Positions 9,279 to 20,346 of a DNA stretch of 32,000 nt are shown here, in pieces; positions within the stretch are counted from its first letter, which is position 1; each line of letters starts with the position of its first letter. A program made the translations under genes and the position numbers. The notes below the pieces were generated by a model that was not told the DNA's origin, made no database searches, and saw nothing but the letters and a program-made list of their open reading frames with translations. Origin of the DNA: Thorsellia kenyensis (lineage in GTDB: Bacteria > Pseudomonadota > Gammaproteobacteria > Enterobacterales > Thorselliaceae); contig NZ_JBHLXE010000090.1 of assembly GCF_042432445.1 (NCBI RefSeq), forward strand, positions 7,955 to 39,954, given 5' to 3'.

Positions 9279-10499
9279 ATGAAACAATATATCGCCATTT
9301 TAGGTTCAACTGGCTCTATTGGGGAAACAACCCTTAGAGTGATAGATGCTCATCAGGACAAATATGAGGTGTTTGCATTAATTGCAGGGATCAATGTTGC
9401 TTTGATGTTTGAACAGGCACTGAAATACAAACCTGCCTATATTGTCATGGCAAATCAACAGGCATCTGACGAGTTAAAAAAGCGATTTATTGTGCACTTT
9501 AAAGATCGTCCAAAGGAATTCTCCTGTGAGATTTATCATGGAGAAGAAGCCATGTGCCAAGTCGTTGCAATGGGAGAAATAGATCAAGTAGTTGCAGCGA
9601 TAGTCGGTGGAGCTGGCCTCATTCCTACCCTTGCGGCTGTGAAAGCTGGTAAACGTATTTTGCTTGCTAATAAAGAATCTCTTGTGATGGCAGGTGATTT
9701 TTTTATGCAAGCAGTCAAAGAGAACAAGGCAACTATATTGCCAATAGATTCAGAGCATAACGCCATTTATCAATCTTTACCTGAAGCATTACAACAGCCA
9801 TTAGGACAAAAAGCCCTTCGAGATGCAGGCATAAAATCTTTGATATTGACTGGTTCGGGAGGCCCTTTTTTAAAACGTAATTTGTCCACTTTTTCCGACA
9901 TTACAGTAGCAGAAGCAATTGCTCACCCAAGATGGAGTATGGGAAGTAAAATTTCTGTTGACTCTGCTACTATGATGAACAAAGGATTAGAATTTATTGA
10001 AGCAAGGTGGTTATTTAATGCCAGTGCAGAAGAAATCGAAATTGTTCTGCATCCTGAATCCATAATTCATTCTATGGTTAGATATCTTGATGGCAGTGTG
10101 ATTGCTCAAATGGGGAATGCTGATATGGCCATTCCAATCAGTCATGCGTTAAATTATCCAGTAAGACGTCATTCACCTGCTAATGGCATCGATTTTTTTC
10201 AGCAAGGTACACTGACCTTCATCGAACCAGATCCTAAAAGGTACCCATGTTTATTTTTAGCTAAAGAGGCTTCTAATAGCGGGCAAGTGGCAACAACGAT
10301 TTTGAATGCTGCTAATGAAATGATTGTTGATGCTTTTTTGCATCAACGAGTCTCTTTTAATCAAATCTATGAATTAAATCTCCATGCACTAGAAACAATG
10401 AGTTTTCAGAATCCTTCTAATGTTGAAGATCTGATCCTAATAGATACAATAGCTAGGATTAAAACCACAGAGATTATCAATAAAAAGGCCTTAGTTTAA
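9279..10499 (+). CDS. dxr: 1-deoxy-D-xylulose-5-phosphate reductoisomerase
   Basis: ILGSTGSIG NADPH motif, LANKESLV, DSEHNAI, and HP.WSMG.KISVDSATMMNKGLE.IEA.WLF, matching E. coli Dxr. Confidence 0.95.
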   Translation: MKQYIAILGSTGSIGETTLRVIDAHQDKYEVFALIAGINVALMFEQALKYKPAYIVMANQQASDELKKRFIVHFKDRPKEFSCEIYHGEEAMCQVVAMGEIDQVVAAIVGGAGLIPTLAAVKAGKRILLANKESLVMAGDFFMQAVKENKATILPIDSEHNAIYQSLPEALQQPLGQKALRDAGIKSLILTGSGGPFLKRNLSTFSDITVAEAIAHPRWSMGSKISVDSATMMNKGLEFIEARWLFNASAEEIEIVLHPESIIHSMVRYLDGSVIAQMGNADMAIPISHALNYPVRRHSPANGIDFFQQGTLTFIEPDPKRYPCLFLAKEASNSGQVATTILNAANEMIVDAFLHQRVSFNQIYELNLHALETMSFQNPSNVEDLILIDTIARIKTTEIINKKALV

Positions 10500-10501
10500 T
10501 C

Positions 10502-11209
10502 ATGGAAAATCTAAATATCCCGGAGCATGTTGCCATTATTATGGATGGCAATGGGCGCTGGGCCAAATTACGTGGTAAAATGCGCATTACAGGTCATAGG
10601 GCTGGAGCGAATGCAGTAAGATCTACAGTGCGTGCAGCGATAAAAAATAATATAAAAATGCTGACACTGTATGCATTTAGCAGTGAGAATTGGAAAAGAC
10701 CTAGTGCTGAGGTTAAGGCTTTGATGGAGTTGTTTTTGCGTTCATTAAAAAATGAAGTGCCTAAATTACACGAAAATAACATTAAGCTAAAAATTATTGG
10801 GGATGTGAGTGCTTTTAGTGATCGTTTACAAAGCGAAATAAAAATAGCAGAAAGTTTAACAGAAGATAATGATGGTTTAATTTTAAATATTGCTGCTAAT
10901 TATGGAGGACGCTGGGATATTACTCATGCACTAAAAAATATTACGGATAAGCTTAAAAGTGGTGAACTTGATGTTAATACCATAACTGAGAAATTAATTG
11001 ACAATGAAATTCAACAGCATTCTGTCCCTGATGTTGATTTATTAATAAGGACAGGTGGGGAATTTCGTGTAAGTAATTTTCTGCTATGGCAAATTATTTA
11101 TGCTGAACTTTATTTTACAGACATCTATTGGCCTGATTTTAACGAAGAAGCATTCAATGAGGCAATTAAAACTTTTAGCCAGCGGGTCAGACGATTTGGT
11201 GGCATTTAA
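10502..11209 (+). CDS. uppS: Undecaprenyl diphosphate synthase (ditrans,polycis)
   Basis: HVAIIMDGNGRWA, FSSENW.RP, and RTGGE.R.SNFLLWQ..YAELYF motifs. It starts 2 bp after dxr. Confidence 0.95.
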   Translation: MENLNIPEHVAIIMDGNGRWAKLRGKMRITGHRAGANAVRSTVRAAIKNNIKMLTLYAFSSENWKRPSAEVKALMELFLRSLKNEVPKLHENNIKLKIIGDVSAFSDRLQSEIKIAESLTEDNDGLILNIAANYGGRWDITHALKNITDKLKSGELDVNTITEKLIDNEIQQHSVPDVDLLIRTGGEFRVSNFLLWQIIYAELYFTDIYWPDFNEEAFNEAIKTFSQRVRRFGGI

Positions 11210-11254
11210 AGATTTAGCTTGAGTGTTATCTTCAAATGCTTATAAGGAGCTTAA

Positions 11255-12088
11255 GTGTTTAAACAACGATTAATATCATCATTAATTTTAATACCTATTG
11301 CAATTTTGTCACTTTTTTATTTTAAAGAGATTTGGTTTACTGCTATGTTAGCCATGATTGGAGGATTGGCTGTGTGGGAATGGTCAAGAATGATGAAACT
11401 TGATGATCCTAGATTGAGAATATTTCTGGGTGGACTATTTACAGCAAGTGTTATTCTGATTGCTGTTGTACTTAATCCTACTCAAAAGGCACTTGTCAAT
11501 CATATGATATTGAGTATTTCTGTTGGATGGTGGATAGCTGCGATTGGCTTAGTTTTAACCTATCCAAAATCTTCAATGGTATGGGAACACGGCTATTTAT
11601 TAAAAGTCCTATTTATATTTTTTATCCTATTACCTTTTATCGTTGCTATGGTTGAATTGCGAGATAAAAGTCCATGGTGGGTTTTGTATGTTTTAGTGTT
11701 GGTTTGGACAAGTGACACTGGGGCATACCTTGTAGGAAAAAAATGGGGTAAACATAAAATGGCACCGAAGGTTTCACCAGGTAAAACATGGCAAGGATTT
11801 GCTGGCGCCATCGTTCTGTCGTCTTTATTGCCTATTTCAGTGAGTGTTTTATACCCTCAATTTATTGAAATTAAACCTATTATCTTTGTGTTGATCTCCT
11901 TAATTACGGTGATAGTGTCAGTCTTTGGTGATTTAGCTGAAAGTATGTTTAAACGTAATGGTGGGATTAAGGACAGTAGCAATCTTATTCCAGGTCATGG
12001 GGGAGTGCTAGATAGAATTGATAGCCTTACTGCAGCAGTTCCAATTTTCTTTGTGTTGTTTCAATATATCCATAATCTAGCAGCTTAA
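11255..12088 (+). CDS. cdsA: Phosphatidate cytidylyltransferase (CDP-diglyceride synthase)
   Basis: GTG start preceded by AAGGAG. It is a polytopic membrane protein with the CdsA signature S.FKR..G.KDS..LIPGHGG.LDR.DS. The N-terminus aligns with E. coli CdsA (M.K.RLIS..LIP). Confidence 0.93.
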   Translation: MFKQRLISSLILIPIAILSLFYFKEIWFTAMLAMIGGLAVWEWSRMMKLDDPRLRIFLGGLFTASVILIAVVLNPTQKALVNHMILSISVGWWIAAIGLVLTYPKSSMVWEHGYLLKVLFIFFILLPFIVAMVELRDKSPWWVLYVLVLVWTSDTGAYLVGKKWGKHKMAPKVSPGKTWQGFAGAIVLSSLLPISVSVLYPQFIEIKPIIFVLISLITVIVSVFGDLAESMFKRNGGIKDSSNLIPGHGGVLDRIDSLTAAVPIFFVLFQYIHNLAA

Positions 12089-12152
12089 AACTCGTTAGAT
12101 AAAAACATTTGAAAGCATAAAAATTATAATTATTAAGTCACAATAGGAAAAT

Positions 12153-13508
12153 ATGTTTAGCGTATTAATTTTTTTACTCACAATAGGTATTTTAGTGGTT
12201 ATCCATGAATATGGTCATTTTATTGTGGCTAGAAAATGTGGTGTTAAAGTCGAACGTTTTTCTATTGGATTTGGAAAGAGGTTATATAGTTGGTATGACA
12301 AACAAGGTACTGAGTTCACTATTTCTTTGATACCGCTTGGTGGTTATGTCAAAATGTTGGATGAAAGAGCAGGAGATGTCTTAGCAGAGGACAAACCCTA
12401 TGCTTTTACTCAAAAGAGTTTATCGAAACGAGCCTCTATTATTGCAGCAGGGCCTATAGCCAATTTTTTACTGGCAATAATTATTTTCTGGATATTGGCA
12501 ATGATAGGCACTGAAGCGAGAAAATCAGTAGTTGTTTCTGTAGTACCTGATTCAATAGCAGCACAGAGCGGCGTAACGCCGAATATGGCTATAGTTTCTA
12601 TCAATAACCAAGAAGCTAAATCGTCAATAAAAGTCGGTCAAATTTTAACGCAAGCGTATCAAGACAAGCTAAAGCAAATAGAAATTGAATTGGCTGATCC
12701 CTCTGATGATTCACTTACGATTACCAAAACACTTTTATTGGCAGACTGGACGTATGATGCTAAAAATGAATTGCCTTGGGCTAGTCTAGGACTTGTTTTC
12801 CCAGATTATCCTGCAACTATTTCTAGAATCAGAGAAGGATCTGCCGCTCACCTTGCCGGTCTACAATCGGGAGACACGATTGTAAAAATCAACGCTGAAA
12901 AAATAGAAAACAGAGAAAAACTCATCCAATTTATTAGATACAGTCCACAAGAACAAATATCCCTCACCGTTCTTAGAGATGGCCAAGAAATTATCCTAAA
13001 TATCACACCTACTAAAATTATTGAAAAGCAGGGTGAAAAAAGTATCACGAGAGGGCAAATTGGGATTGAATTTGCAAATAATACGTTAAATGATGAATAT
13101 ATTATTAATTACCGTTATAATCCAATTACTAGCGCATGGATTGCTATTCAACGATTCGGTACTAGTATTAAATTAATCGGGTCGTTTTTATTTCAAGCTA
13201 TTACTGGTAATGCTAGTATGAATGATTTAGCAGGCCCAGTAGGTATAGCTCAAGCCGCTGAGGCGCAATTTTCATTTGGCATAACGGCTTACTTAGCTTT
13301 CTTGGCATTTTTAAGTATTAATTTGGGTGTAATGAATTTATTGCCAATTCCTGTACTTGATGGCGGACATCTGTTATTTTTAGCCATAGAAAAAATAAAA
13401 GGGAGCCCAGTTTCAGTAAAAGTCCAACAAAATTTTTACTTAGTGGGTGCATTTTTATTACTGTCACTTATGGTCATTACTTTCATAAGTGATTTTATGA
13501 GACTTTAA
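12153..13508 (+). CDS. rseP: RIP zinc metalloprotease RseP (site-2 protease)
   Basis: HEYGHF (HExxH) in TM1, PDZ-like central region, and C-terminal NLLPIPVLDGGH motif. It sits in the conserved position before bamA. Confidence 0.95.
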   Translation: MFSVLIFLLTIGILVVIHEYGHFIVARKCGVKVERFSIGFGKRLYSWYDKQGTEFTISLIPLGGYVKMLDERAGDVLAEDKPYAFTQKSLSKRASIIAAGPIANFLLAIIIFWILAMIGTEARKSVVVSVVPDSIAAQSGVTPNMAIVSINNQEAKSSIKVGQILTQAYQDKLKQIEIELADPSDDSLTITKTLLLADWTYDAKNELPWASLGLVFPDYPATISRIREGSAAHLAGLQSGDTIVKINAEKIENREKLIQFIRYSPQEQISLTVLRDGQEIILNITPTKIIEKQGEKSITRGQIGIEFANNTLNDEYIINYRYNPITSAWIAIQRFGTSIKLIGSFLFQAITGNASMNDLAGPVGIAQAAEAQFSFGITAYLAFLAFLSINLGVMNLLPIPVLDGGHLLFLAIEKIKGSPVSVKVQQNFYLVGAFLLLSLMVITFISDFMRL

Positions 13509-13634
13509 ATTACTAAGTCTCAGCTCGAGTTTAATGAGAAAATAGTTTAATATCTATTTATCATAGATACTCAAATACATTATTATGCAGTATAATCACC
13601 GAAGATTTACATTAACGTTAACAGTAACTAACCT

Positions 13635-16076
13635 ATGAAAAATATACTCATGTCATTTAAACGTAATCCACTTAAGCATTTTATTGCTGCCTCTTTAATT
13701 ATTGCAAGTAGTTCATTGCTTGCAGAAGATAGTTTCGTTGTTCAAGACATTCGTTTTGAAGGCCTTCAACGTGTAGATGAAGGCGCCGTTCTTCTAGATA
13801 TGCCCTACAGAGAAGGGGATACAATTGATGATTTCGCTGTAGGCGAAATAATCAAAGCATTATTCGCTTCTGGTAATTTTGAGGATGTAAAAGTACTCAG
13901 AGATGGTAATGCACTTATTGTAGAGGTATCAGAAAGACCTACGATAGCAAGTATTACTTTTTCAGGCAATAAAGCTGTTAAAGAAGAACAATTAAAGCAA
14001 AATCTTGAAGCAACGGGTGTAAAAGTTGGTGAAGGATTAAATCGTAACGCTTTAGCTGACATTGAAAAAGGATTGGCGGATTTTTATTATAGTGCAGGTA
14101 AATATAATGCAGCGGTAAAAGCGGTTGTTACTCCATTACCTAGAAACCGAGTTGATTTAAATATTGTTTTCAGCGAAGGTGAGTCAGCAGAAATAAAACA
14201 AATCAATATCGTTGGAGCGAATTATTTCACTTCCAAAGATTTATTGGCCAAGTTTGATCTAAAGGATACGGTACCCTGGTGGAATATCATGGGTAATCGT
14301 CAATATCAAAAACAAACACTCGCTGGTGATTTGGAAAAACTGCGCAATTTTTATCTTGACCAAGGATTTGCTAAATTTAGTATTGATTCGACTCAAGTCA
14401 GCTTGACTCCAGACAAAACTGGAATATTTGTAACAATAAATATTACTGAGGGTGAACGCTACCAAGTTGGTAATGTGAGAGTTCAAGGTGAGCTTGCTGG
14501 CCTTGGCGCTCAAATTGAAGAACTTGCGTATATCGAACCAGGTTCTTTATTCAGCGGTGAAAGAGTTACAGAAATAGAAAATTCAGTCAAAGAACTCCTC
14601 GGAACAAATGGCTTTGCTTACCCACAAGTACTTGTAGAACCCGAATTTGTAGAAGGTGATGCGAATGTAAATCTAATAGTAAACGTGAGTGCTGGCAGCC
14701 GTTTTTATGTCAGATACATCTCATTCGAAGGCAATGAATTGACTAAAGATGAGGTACTTCGTCGTGAACTACGTCAATTTGAAGGTGCTTGGCTTGCCTC
14801 TGACAAAATTGAGAAAGGACGTGAGCGTTTAAACAGACTTGGCTACTTTGATAGCGTCGAAGTAGAAACTGTACGTGTTGCGGGCAGTGATGATCTTGTG
14901 GATATTGTTTATCGAGTCAAAGAGAGAAATACAGGATCGTTCAATGTCGGTGTAGGTTATGGTACTGAAAGCGGTTTGAGCTTTCAAGTGGGTGTTGAAC
15001 AAGACAACTGGCTCGGAACAGGTAATACAGTCGGAATCAATGCAAGTACGAATGATTCAGATACTTCAGTTGATTTATCTTTAACTGATCCATATTTTAC
15101 TCCAGATGGCATAAGCCTAGGAGGAAGGATCTTCTATAATGCATTTGACGCAGCGGATGCAGATTTAGATAGCTATACAAACACAGCATACGGTACTGAT
15201 ATATTAATGGGTATACCTGTAAGCGAAACAACAACACTGAGAGCAGGTGTAGGTTACGTTCATAATGATGTTAAGGATATCCAGCAGAGAATCGACACAA
15301 AACGTTATTTTGAAGGTCTAGGTAGGGAATTGACTAATCAAAGCGGTAACCGCTATTCATTTACAGCTGATGATTTTAACTTGACCCTTGGCTGGACATA
15401 TAATGACTTAAATAATGGATTTTTCCCGACCAGTGGGTCTCGCATTAATTTAAATTCAAAAGTTACGATTCCAGGATCTGATAATCAGTACTACAAACTA
15501 AATGCTGATGCATCAACTTATTATCCAATTGATAGTAAAGATAAATTCGTTATTCTTGGCCGTACGCGTTTAGGCTATGGTGATGGATTTGGTGGCAAAT
15601 ATATGCCATTTTATGAAAACTTCTATGCGGGGGGATCAAGTTCACTGCGTGGATTTACCGGAAATACAGTGGGTCCTAGAGCAATTAACGTGTCTAATTG
15701 CACAGGTGATGATTTAAGTAAATGTACTTTAGGAGCACCGGGTGATGCTATCGGTGGTAATGCAATAGTCACGGTAACTGCCGAGCTTATAACACCTACG
15801 CCATTTTTAAGCGAAGAGTATAGTAATTCAATCCGAACCTCATTATTTGTAGACGCTGCAAGTGTTTGGGATACTAAGTGGAAAAATACTGCTGCGACGA
15901 AAGATAAAGATATCCCAGACTATGGTTCTCCTAGCCGCTATAGAGCTTCGTCAGGTGTTACCATTCAATGGGTATCGCCAATAGCTCCGTTAGTTTTTTC
16001 ATATGCTGTGCCATTGAAAGACTACAAAGGGGATGAAACAGAAGAGTTCCAATTTAATATAGGTCGTACCTTCTAA
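13635..16076 (+). CDS. bamA: Outer membrane protein assembly factor BamA
   Basis: Full-length similarity to E. coli BamA (POTRA region [25 protein letters not shown]; barrel [10 protein letters not shown]-terminal FQFNIGRTF). The start could be ATG 13635 or 13650. Confidence 0.97.
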   Translation: MKNILMSFKRNPLKHFIAASLIIASSSLLAEDSFVVQDIRFEGLQRVDEGAVLLDMPYREGDTIDDFAVGEIIKALFASGNFEDVKVLRDGNALIVEVSERPTIASITFSGNKAVKEEQLKQNLEATGVKVGEGLNRNALADIEKGLADFYYSAGKYNAAVKAVVTPLPRNRVDLNIVFSEGESAEIKQINIVGANYFTSKDLLAKFDLKDTVPWWNIMGNRQYQKQTLAGDLEKLRNFYLDQGFAKFSIDSTQVSLTPDKTGIFVTINITEGERYQVGNVRVQGELAGLGAQIEELAYIEPGSLFSGERVTEIENSVKELLGTNGFAYPQVLVEPEFVEGDANVNLIVNVSAGSRFYVRYISFEGNELTKDEVLRRELRQFEGAWLASDKIEKGRERLNRLGYFDSVEVETVRVAGSDDLVDIVYRVKERNTGSFNVGVGYGTESGLSFQVGVEQDNWLGTGNTVGINASTNDSDTSVDLSLTDPYFTPDGISLGGRIFYNAFDAADADLDSYTNTAYGTDILMGIPVSETTTLRAGVGYVHNDVKDIQQRIDTKRYFEGLGRELTNQSGNRYSFTADDFNLTLGWTYNDLNNGFFPTSGSRINLNSKVTIPGSDNQYYKLNADASTYYPIDSKDKFVILGRTRLGYGDGFGGKYMPFYENFYAGGSSSLRGFTGNTVGPRAINVSNCTGDDLSKCTLGAPGDAIGGNAIVTVTAELITPTPFLSEEYSNSIRTSLFVDAASVWDTKWKNTAATKDKDIPDYGSPSRYRASSGVTIQWVSPIAPLVFSYAVPLKDYKGDETEEFQFNIGRTF

Positions 16077-16104
16077 TAAGTATTAACAAAAAATATTTAA
16101 TACC

Positions 16105-16131
16105 TGGATTATTTGATTATTAAATAATCCA
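16105..16131 (+). other. Perfect 10-bp stem hairpin in the bamA-skp spacer
   Basis: TGGATTATTT (16105-16114) / AAATAATCCA (16122-16131) with a 7-nt loop. No T-run follows, so it is more likely an mRNA processing or stability element than a terminator. Confidence 0.3.
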
Positions 16132-16160
16132 TACCTTACAAAAGTTGAAAGGAGTAGAGC

Positions 16161-16664
16161 GTGAAAAAATTTTTAAAAGTAGGTCTTATTGCTGCAACAA
16201 TAATGAGTTCAAGTGCTTTTGCTGCAGACAAATTAGGAGTTGTGAACATTGCTTATGTCTTCCAAAACATGCCAGAACGCGCTGAAATAGCTAAACAACT
16301 TGAAGCAGAATTTAAACCGCGTGCAGAAATGCTCCAAAAAATGGAAAAAGAACTTCAAGATAAATTGAAAAAAATCAATACGGAAGGCGACAAAATGAAA
16401 GACGCAGACCGTGAGAAATTAGCAAATGAAATCAAAGCGCTTAGCGAAAAATTCTCTACTGAAGCTCAAACTTTCCAAAAAGATAATCAAGACAGAGAAG
16501 CGGTAAAACGTAACGAAATGCTAGAAAAAATCCAAGCTGAAGTGAAAGCTATTTCTGAAAAAGAAGGTTTTACAGTTGTTGTTGATTCTACAACTGTAAC
16601 TTACCGAACTGATGCAAGTGATATTACTGAACGTGTTCTTGAAAAATTCACTAAAGCAAAATAA
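16161..16664 (+). CDS. skp: Periplasmic chaperone Skp (OmpH)
   Basis: GTG start after AAGGAG. It has a signal peptide (SSSAFA-AD), a K/E-rich coiled-coil body, ~165 aa length, and the conserved position between bamA and lpxD. Confidence 0.9.
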   Translation: MKKFLKVGLIAATIMSSSAFAADKLGVVNIAYVFQNMPERAEIAKQLEAEFKPRAEMLQKMEKELQDKLKKINTEGDKMKDADREKLANEIKALSEKFSTEAQTFQKDNQDREAVKRNEMLEKIQAEVKAISEKEGFTVVVDSTTVTYRTDASDITERVLEKFTKAK

Positions 16665-16672
16665 GGGCTGAT

Positions 16673-17698
16673 ATGTCAGGGCTTACTTTAAAAGAAATTG
16701 CAAGTCAAATCCAAGCAGAGGTATTAGGAGATGAAAACTTTACTATTCATAGACTAGCCTCTCTTTTGACTGCACAAAACGAAGACATTACGTTTTTATC
16801 CAATTCAAAGTATCGCTCTGATCTGAGTTTATGTAAAGCAGGTGCAATAGTACTAACAAGAGAAGATGCTGAGTTTTGCCCAGCTTCTATCAACCGCTTA
16901 GTTGTTAAAAATCCTTACTTTGCGTATGCTCAAATCGCCAAATTATTAGATACCACTCCTAAACCAGCTGAAGGAATCAATCCTACTGCTGTTATAGCAG
17001 AAGATGCGGTCTTAGGTAAAAATGTCTCGATAGGTGCAAATGCTGTCATTGAATCAGGTGTTCAACTAGGCGATGATGTAGTTATTGGACCGGGTTGTTT
17101 TGTAGGAAAGTATACTAAAATAGGCGCTAGAACGAAGCTTTGGGCTAATGTTAGTGTTTATCATGAAGTTGAAATTGGTGAGGATTGTTTATTTCAGTCT
17201 TCCACTGTTGTTGGATCAGATGGATTTGGTTATGCAAATCATCAAGGTCAATGGATCAAAATTCCACAATTAGGGCGCGTTATTATTGGAAATCGTGTTG
17301 AAATAGGTGCATGCACTACTATTGACCGTGGTGCTCTTGGAGATACCATCATCGAAGATGGTGTGATCATTGATAATTTATGCCAAGTAGCGCATAATGT
17401 TAAAATTGGGAAAAACACAGCGATTGCTGGATGTGTAACTTTAGCAGGTAGCTTGACAATTGGTGCTAACTGCCAAATTGGTGGAGCAAGTGTTTTAAAT
17501 GGCCATATGGAAATTGCCGACGGCGTTATTGTCACTGGCATGGGTATGGTAATGCGGCCTATTGATAAGCCCGGTATTTATTCATCAGGTATTCCTCTTC
17601 AGACGAATAAGGAGTGGCGCAAAACTGCGGCATTAGTATTGAATATCGATAAAATGAATAAGCGCATCAAAGCGCTAGAAAACCAAGCAAAGTCTTAG
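16673..17698 (+). CDS. lpxD: UDP-3-O-acylglucosamine N-acyltransferase
   Basis: Strong full-length match to E. coli LpxD (VVKNPY..YA..A.LLDTTP, hexapeptide repeats, [37 protein letters not shown]). Confidence 0.96.
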   Translation: MSGLTLKEIASQIQAEVLGDENFTIHRLASLLTAQNEDITFLSNSKYRSDLSLCKAGAIVLTREDAEFCPASINRLVVKNPYFAYAQIAKLLDTTPKPAEGINPTAVIAEDAVLGKNVSIGANAVIESGVQLGDDVVIGPGCFVGKYTKIGARTKLWANVSVYHEVEIGEDCLFQSSTVVGSDGFGYANHQGQWIKIPQLGRVIIGNRVEIGACTTIDRGALGDTIIEDGVIIDNLCQVAHNVKIGKNTAIAGCVTLAGSLTIGANCQIGGASVLNGHMEIADGVIVTGMGMVMRPIDKPGIYSSGIPLQTNKEWRKTAALVLNIDKMNKRIKALENQAKS

Positions 17699-17756
17699 GT
17701 TTAACTAGGTGACAACATTAAGTCAATCCATTGATTTGATGTTGTTGATATATTAA

Positions 17757-17802
17757 GAATAATAACTAATGCAAATATATAAAGTTGCATTAGTTATTAT
17801 TC
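17757..17802. repeat. Perfect 18-bp inverted repeat (hairpin) between lpxD and fabZ
   Basis: GAATAATAACTAATGCAA (17757-17774) and TTGCATTAGTTATTATTC (17785-17802) are exact reverse complements around a 10-nt loop, followed by TATTTTGA. The repeat ends 20 nt before the fabZ TTG start. Confidence 0.9.
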
Positions 17803-17822
17803 TATTTTGACAGGTAACTATT

Positions 17823-18284
17823 TTGACTACTCAAACTGATATTACTGTAGATATTGAAGAAATTTTAACATTATTACCTCATCGTTATCCTTTTTTACTT
17901 GTTGATAGAGTAATTAGTATTGATTTAGGTAAAACACTGACCGCAATCAAAAATGTGACATTTAATGAGCCTTTTTTTCAAGGCCACTTTCCTGGTAAAC
18001 CAGTCTTTCCAGGCGTACTAATTTTAGAAGCAATGGCTCAAGCAACCGGTATTCTTGCATTCAAAAGCATGGGTAAACTAGCTGACGGGGAATTATATTA
18101 TTTCGCTGCAGTGGATGAAGCTCGCTTTAAAAGACCTGTAATGCCAGGAGATCAACTGGTGCTTGAAGTTGAATTTATCAAAGAAAAGCGTGGTGTAGCA
18201 AGGTTTAAAGGGGTAGCAAAAGTAGATGGGCAAATTGCTTGTGAAGCCTCTATGATGTGTGCACGCCGTCGCGTAGGAGATTAA
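17823..18284 (+). CDS. fabZ: 3-hydroxyacyl-ACP dehydratase FabZ
   Basis: TTG start, as I recall for E. coli fab[40 protein letters not shown], and a C-terminal MMCARR all match E. coli FabZ. Confidence 0.95.
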   Translation: MTTQTDITVDIEEILTLLPHRYPFLLVDRVISIDLGKTLTAIKNVTFNEPFFQGHFPGKPVFPGVLILEAMAQATGILAFKSMGKLADGELYYFAAVDEARFKRPVMPGDQLVLEVEFIKEKRGVARFKGVAKVDGQIACEASMMCARRRVGD

Positions 18285-18287
18285 TGT

Positions 18288-19103
18288 ATGACCCAATTGA
18301 TGCCTGATATTCATAAAAGTGCAGTAATTCATCCAAGTTCTGTGATAGAAGCAGGGGCCAAAATTGGTGAAAATGTCACCATAGGGCCTTTTTGTACAGT
18401 GAGTGGACAGGCAACAATTGGTGCAAATACTATTCTTAAATCTCATGTTGTGATAGAGGGAATTATTGACATTGGCGAAAGTAACATCATTTTCCCTTTT
18501 GCTGTTTTAGGCGGAGTGAATCAAGATTTAAAATATGCCGGAGAACCAACGAGGGTTACTATTGGTCATAGAAATTCAATTCGGGAAGGTGTGACTATTC
18601 AACGTGGTACGATACAAGGTACTGGTGTGACCGTTGTCGGTAACGACAATTTATTTATGGTCAATGCACATATTGGACATGATTGTATCGTAGGAGATAG
18701 ATGCGTTTTTGCAAACAGCGCGACTGTAGCTGGTCATGTAACGATAGGTGATTATGTTATTATTGGTGGCTTAAGTGCTGTCCATCAATTTTGTGTCATA
18801 GGCCCTCATGTTATGGTCGGTGGTTGTTCAGGCGTTGTTCAAGATGTACCACCTTTTGTGATAGCTCAAGGTAACCATGCTACACCGTATGGTGTCAATA
18901 TTGAAGGACTAAAACGCAGAGGATTCAGCAAACCTCAAATTCAAACTATTCGTCAAGCTTATAAAGCACTTTATCGTCAGGGGAATAGTTTAAATGATGC
19001 GAAAGAAGAGATTACTGGATTAGCTAACGAGGAACCTGCACTGACTCCTTTTGTTGATTTTTTTGCTGCCTCAACTCGTGGGATTATCCGTGGGGGAAAC
19101 TGA
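18288..19103 (+). CDS. lpxA: Acyl-ACP:UDP-N-acetylglucosamine O-acyltransferase
   Basis: Hexapeptide repeats plus [61 protein letters not shown]. The ATG is 3 bp after the fabZ stop, with GGAGA upstream. Confidence 0.95.
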   Translation: MTQLMPDIHKSAVIHPSSVIEAGAKIGENVTIGPFCTVSGQATIGANTILKSHVVIEGIIDIGESNIIFPFAVLGGVNQDLKYAGEPTRVTIGHRNSIREGVTIQRGTIQGTGVTVVGNDNLFMVNAHIGHDCIVGDRCVFANSATVAGHVTIGDYVIIGGLSAVHQFCVIGPHVMVGGCSGVVQDVPPFVIAQGNHATPYGVNIEGLKRRGFSKPQIQTIRQAYKALYRQGNSLNDAKEEITGLANEEPALTPFVDFFAASTRGIIRGGN

Positions 19104-20280
19104 TCTTCAATTACGCCAATATAGTGATGAGCAGATTACTATTGGATTAGTGGCAGGCGAGGTCTCGGGCGATATATTAGGTGCCGGTTTAATTACTGAA
19201 TTAAAAATGCGCTACCCTAATGCTAAATTTGTAGGAGTCGCAGGGCCACGTATGAAAGCTCTTGGCTGCGAGGCCTGGTTTGAAATGGATGAGCTGGCTG
19301 TGATGGGTGTGGTTGAAGTGTTAGCTCGACTACCACGTTTACTCTCTATAAGAAAGCAGCTTTTAAAACGTTTTACAGCGTTGCAACCGGATGTATTTAT
19401 TGGTATTGATGCTCCTGATTTTAATCTCACTCTTGAACATAGATTAAAACAAACTGGTATTAAAACTGTTCACTATGTGAGTCCTTCTGTTTGGGCATGG
19501 CGTCAAAAGCGAATTTTTAAAATAGCTAAGGCAACTCATTTAGTTCTTGCACTACTTCCATTTGAAAAGGCTTTTTACGATAAGCATCAAGTCCCATGTC
19601 TCTTTGTGGGGCACACTTTAGCCGATAAACTCCCTCTAGTTGCAGATAAAATCGCTGCAAGGCAAGCCCTGAATTTATCAATAGATGGTCAATATCTCGC
19701 CATCTTACCAGGTTCAAGAACAGCTGAAATGTCTTTGTTAAGCCCGGTATTTTTAGCTTCCGCCATTAGATTAAAATCCCAATTCCCCAACTTACAATTT
19801 ATTGTCCCTATGGTCAATGCCACAAAAAAGGCCATATTCGCAGAATTTTTAAAAAAATATGCACCTGATATTAATGTGCATATTTTTGAAGGCCAATCTA
19901 CGGAAGTTTTGACTGCCGCTGATGCAACACTCCTAGCTTCGGGTACCGCGACATTAGAATGCATGCTGGCTAAATCTCCTATGGTTGTTGGTTATAAGAT
20001 GAGAAAATTAAATTATTGGATAGGCAAGCAATTAGTCAAAACAAAGTTTATTTCTTTACCTAATTTATTAGCCGATAAGCCTATCGTTTTGGAGTTACTT
20101 CAAGATGAATGCCACGTTGAAAATATTGTTAAGGGTCTTACACCTCTCTTAGAATCACAAGATAATAATTTTGCGCTCAAATCTATATTTACTGACTTAC
20201 ATAAAAAAATCAAATGTAATGCTGATGAAAAAGCCGCAGAGGCAGTGATATCTTTAATAAATAAAAAAAGTGATTTTTGA
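19090..20280 (+). CDS. lpxB: Lipid-A-disaccharide synthase
   Basis: Homology to E. coli LpxB begins at [19 protein letters not shown]. The ORF-track TTG 19051 lies deep inside lpxA. In-frame GTG 19090, overlapping the lpxA stop (GTGGGGGAAACTGA), is the most plausible start, but the exact start is uncertain. Confidence 0.92.
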   Translation: MGETDLQLRQYSDEQITIGLVAGEVSGDILGAGLITELKMRYPNAKFVGVAGPRMKALGCEAWFEMDELAVMGVVEVLARLPRLLSIRKQLLKRFTALQPDVFIGIDAPDFNLTLEHRLKQTGIKTVHYVSPSVWAWRQKRIFKIAKATHLVLALLPFEKAFYDKHQVPCLFVGHTLADKLPLVADKIAARQALNLSIDGQYLAILPGSRTAEMSLLSPVFLASAIRLKSQFPNLQFIVPMVNATKKAIFAEFLKKYAPDINVHIFEGQSTEVLTAADATLLASGTATLECMLAKSPMVVGYKMRKLNYWIGKQLVKTKFISLPNLLADKPIVLELLQDECHVENIVKGLTPLLESQDNNFALKSIFTDLHKKIKCNADEKAAEAVISLINKKSDF

Positions 20281-20346
20281 TTTTTCTTTAACTGAAAGTT
20301 GAATCTACAATCTATAATCAAGCGATTTAATACTGGTAATTATTCT

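Noticed and set aside
13551-13634. Sigma-E or sigma-70 promoter for bamA (TATAAT at about 13592-13597, TCAAA at 13571-13575) and the palindrome TTAACGTTAA.
   Set aside because: There is no acceptable -35 or GGAACTT element at the right spacing. The palindrome is short and AT-rich.
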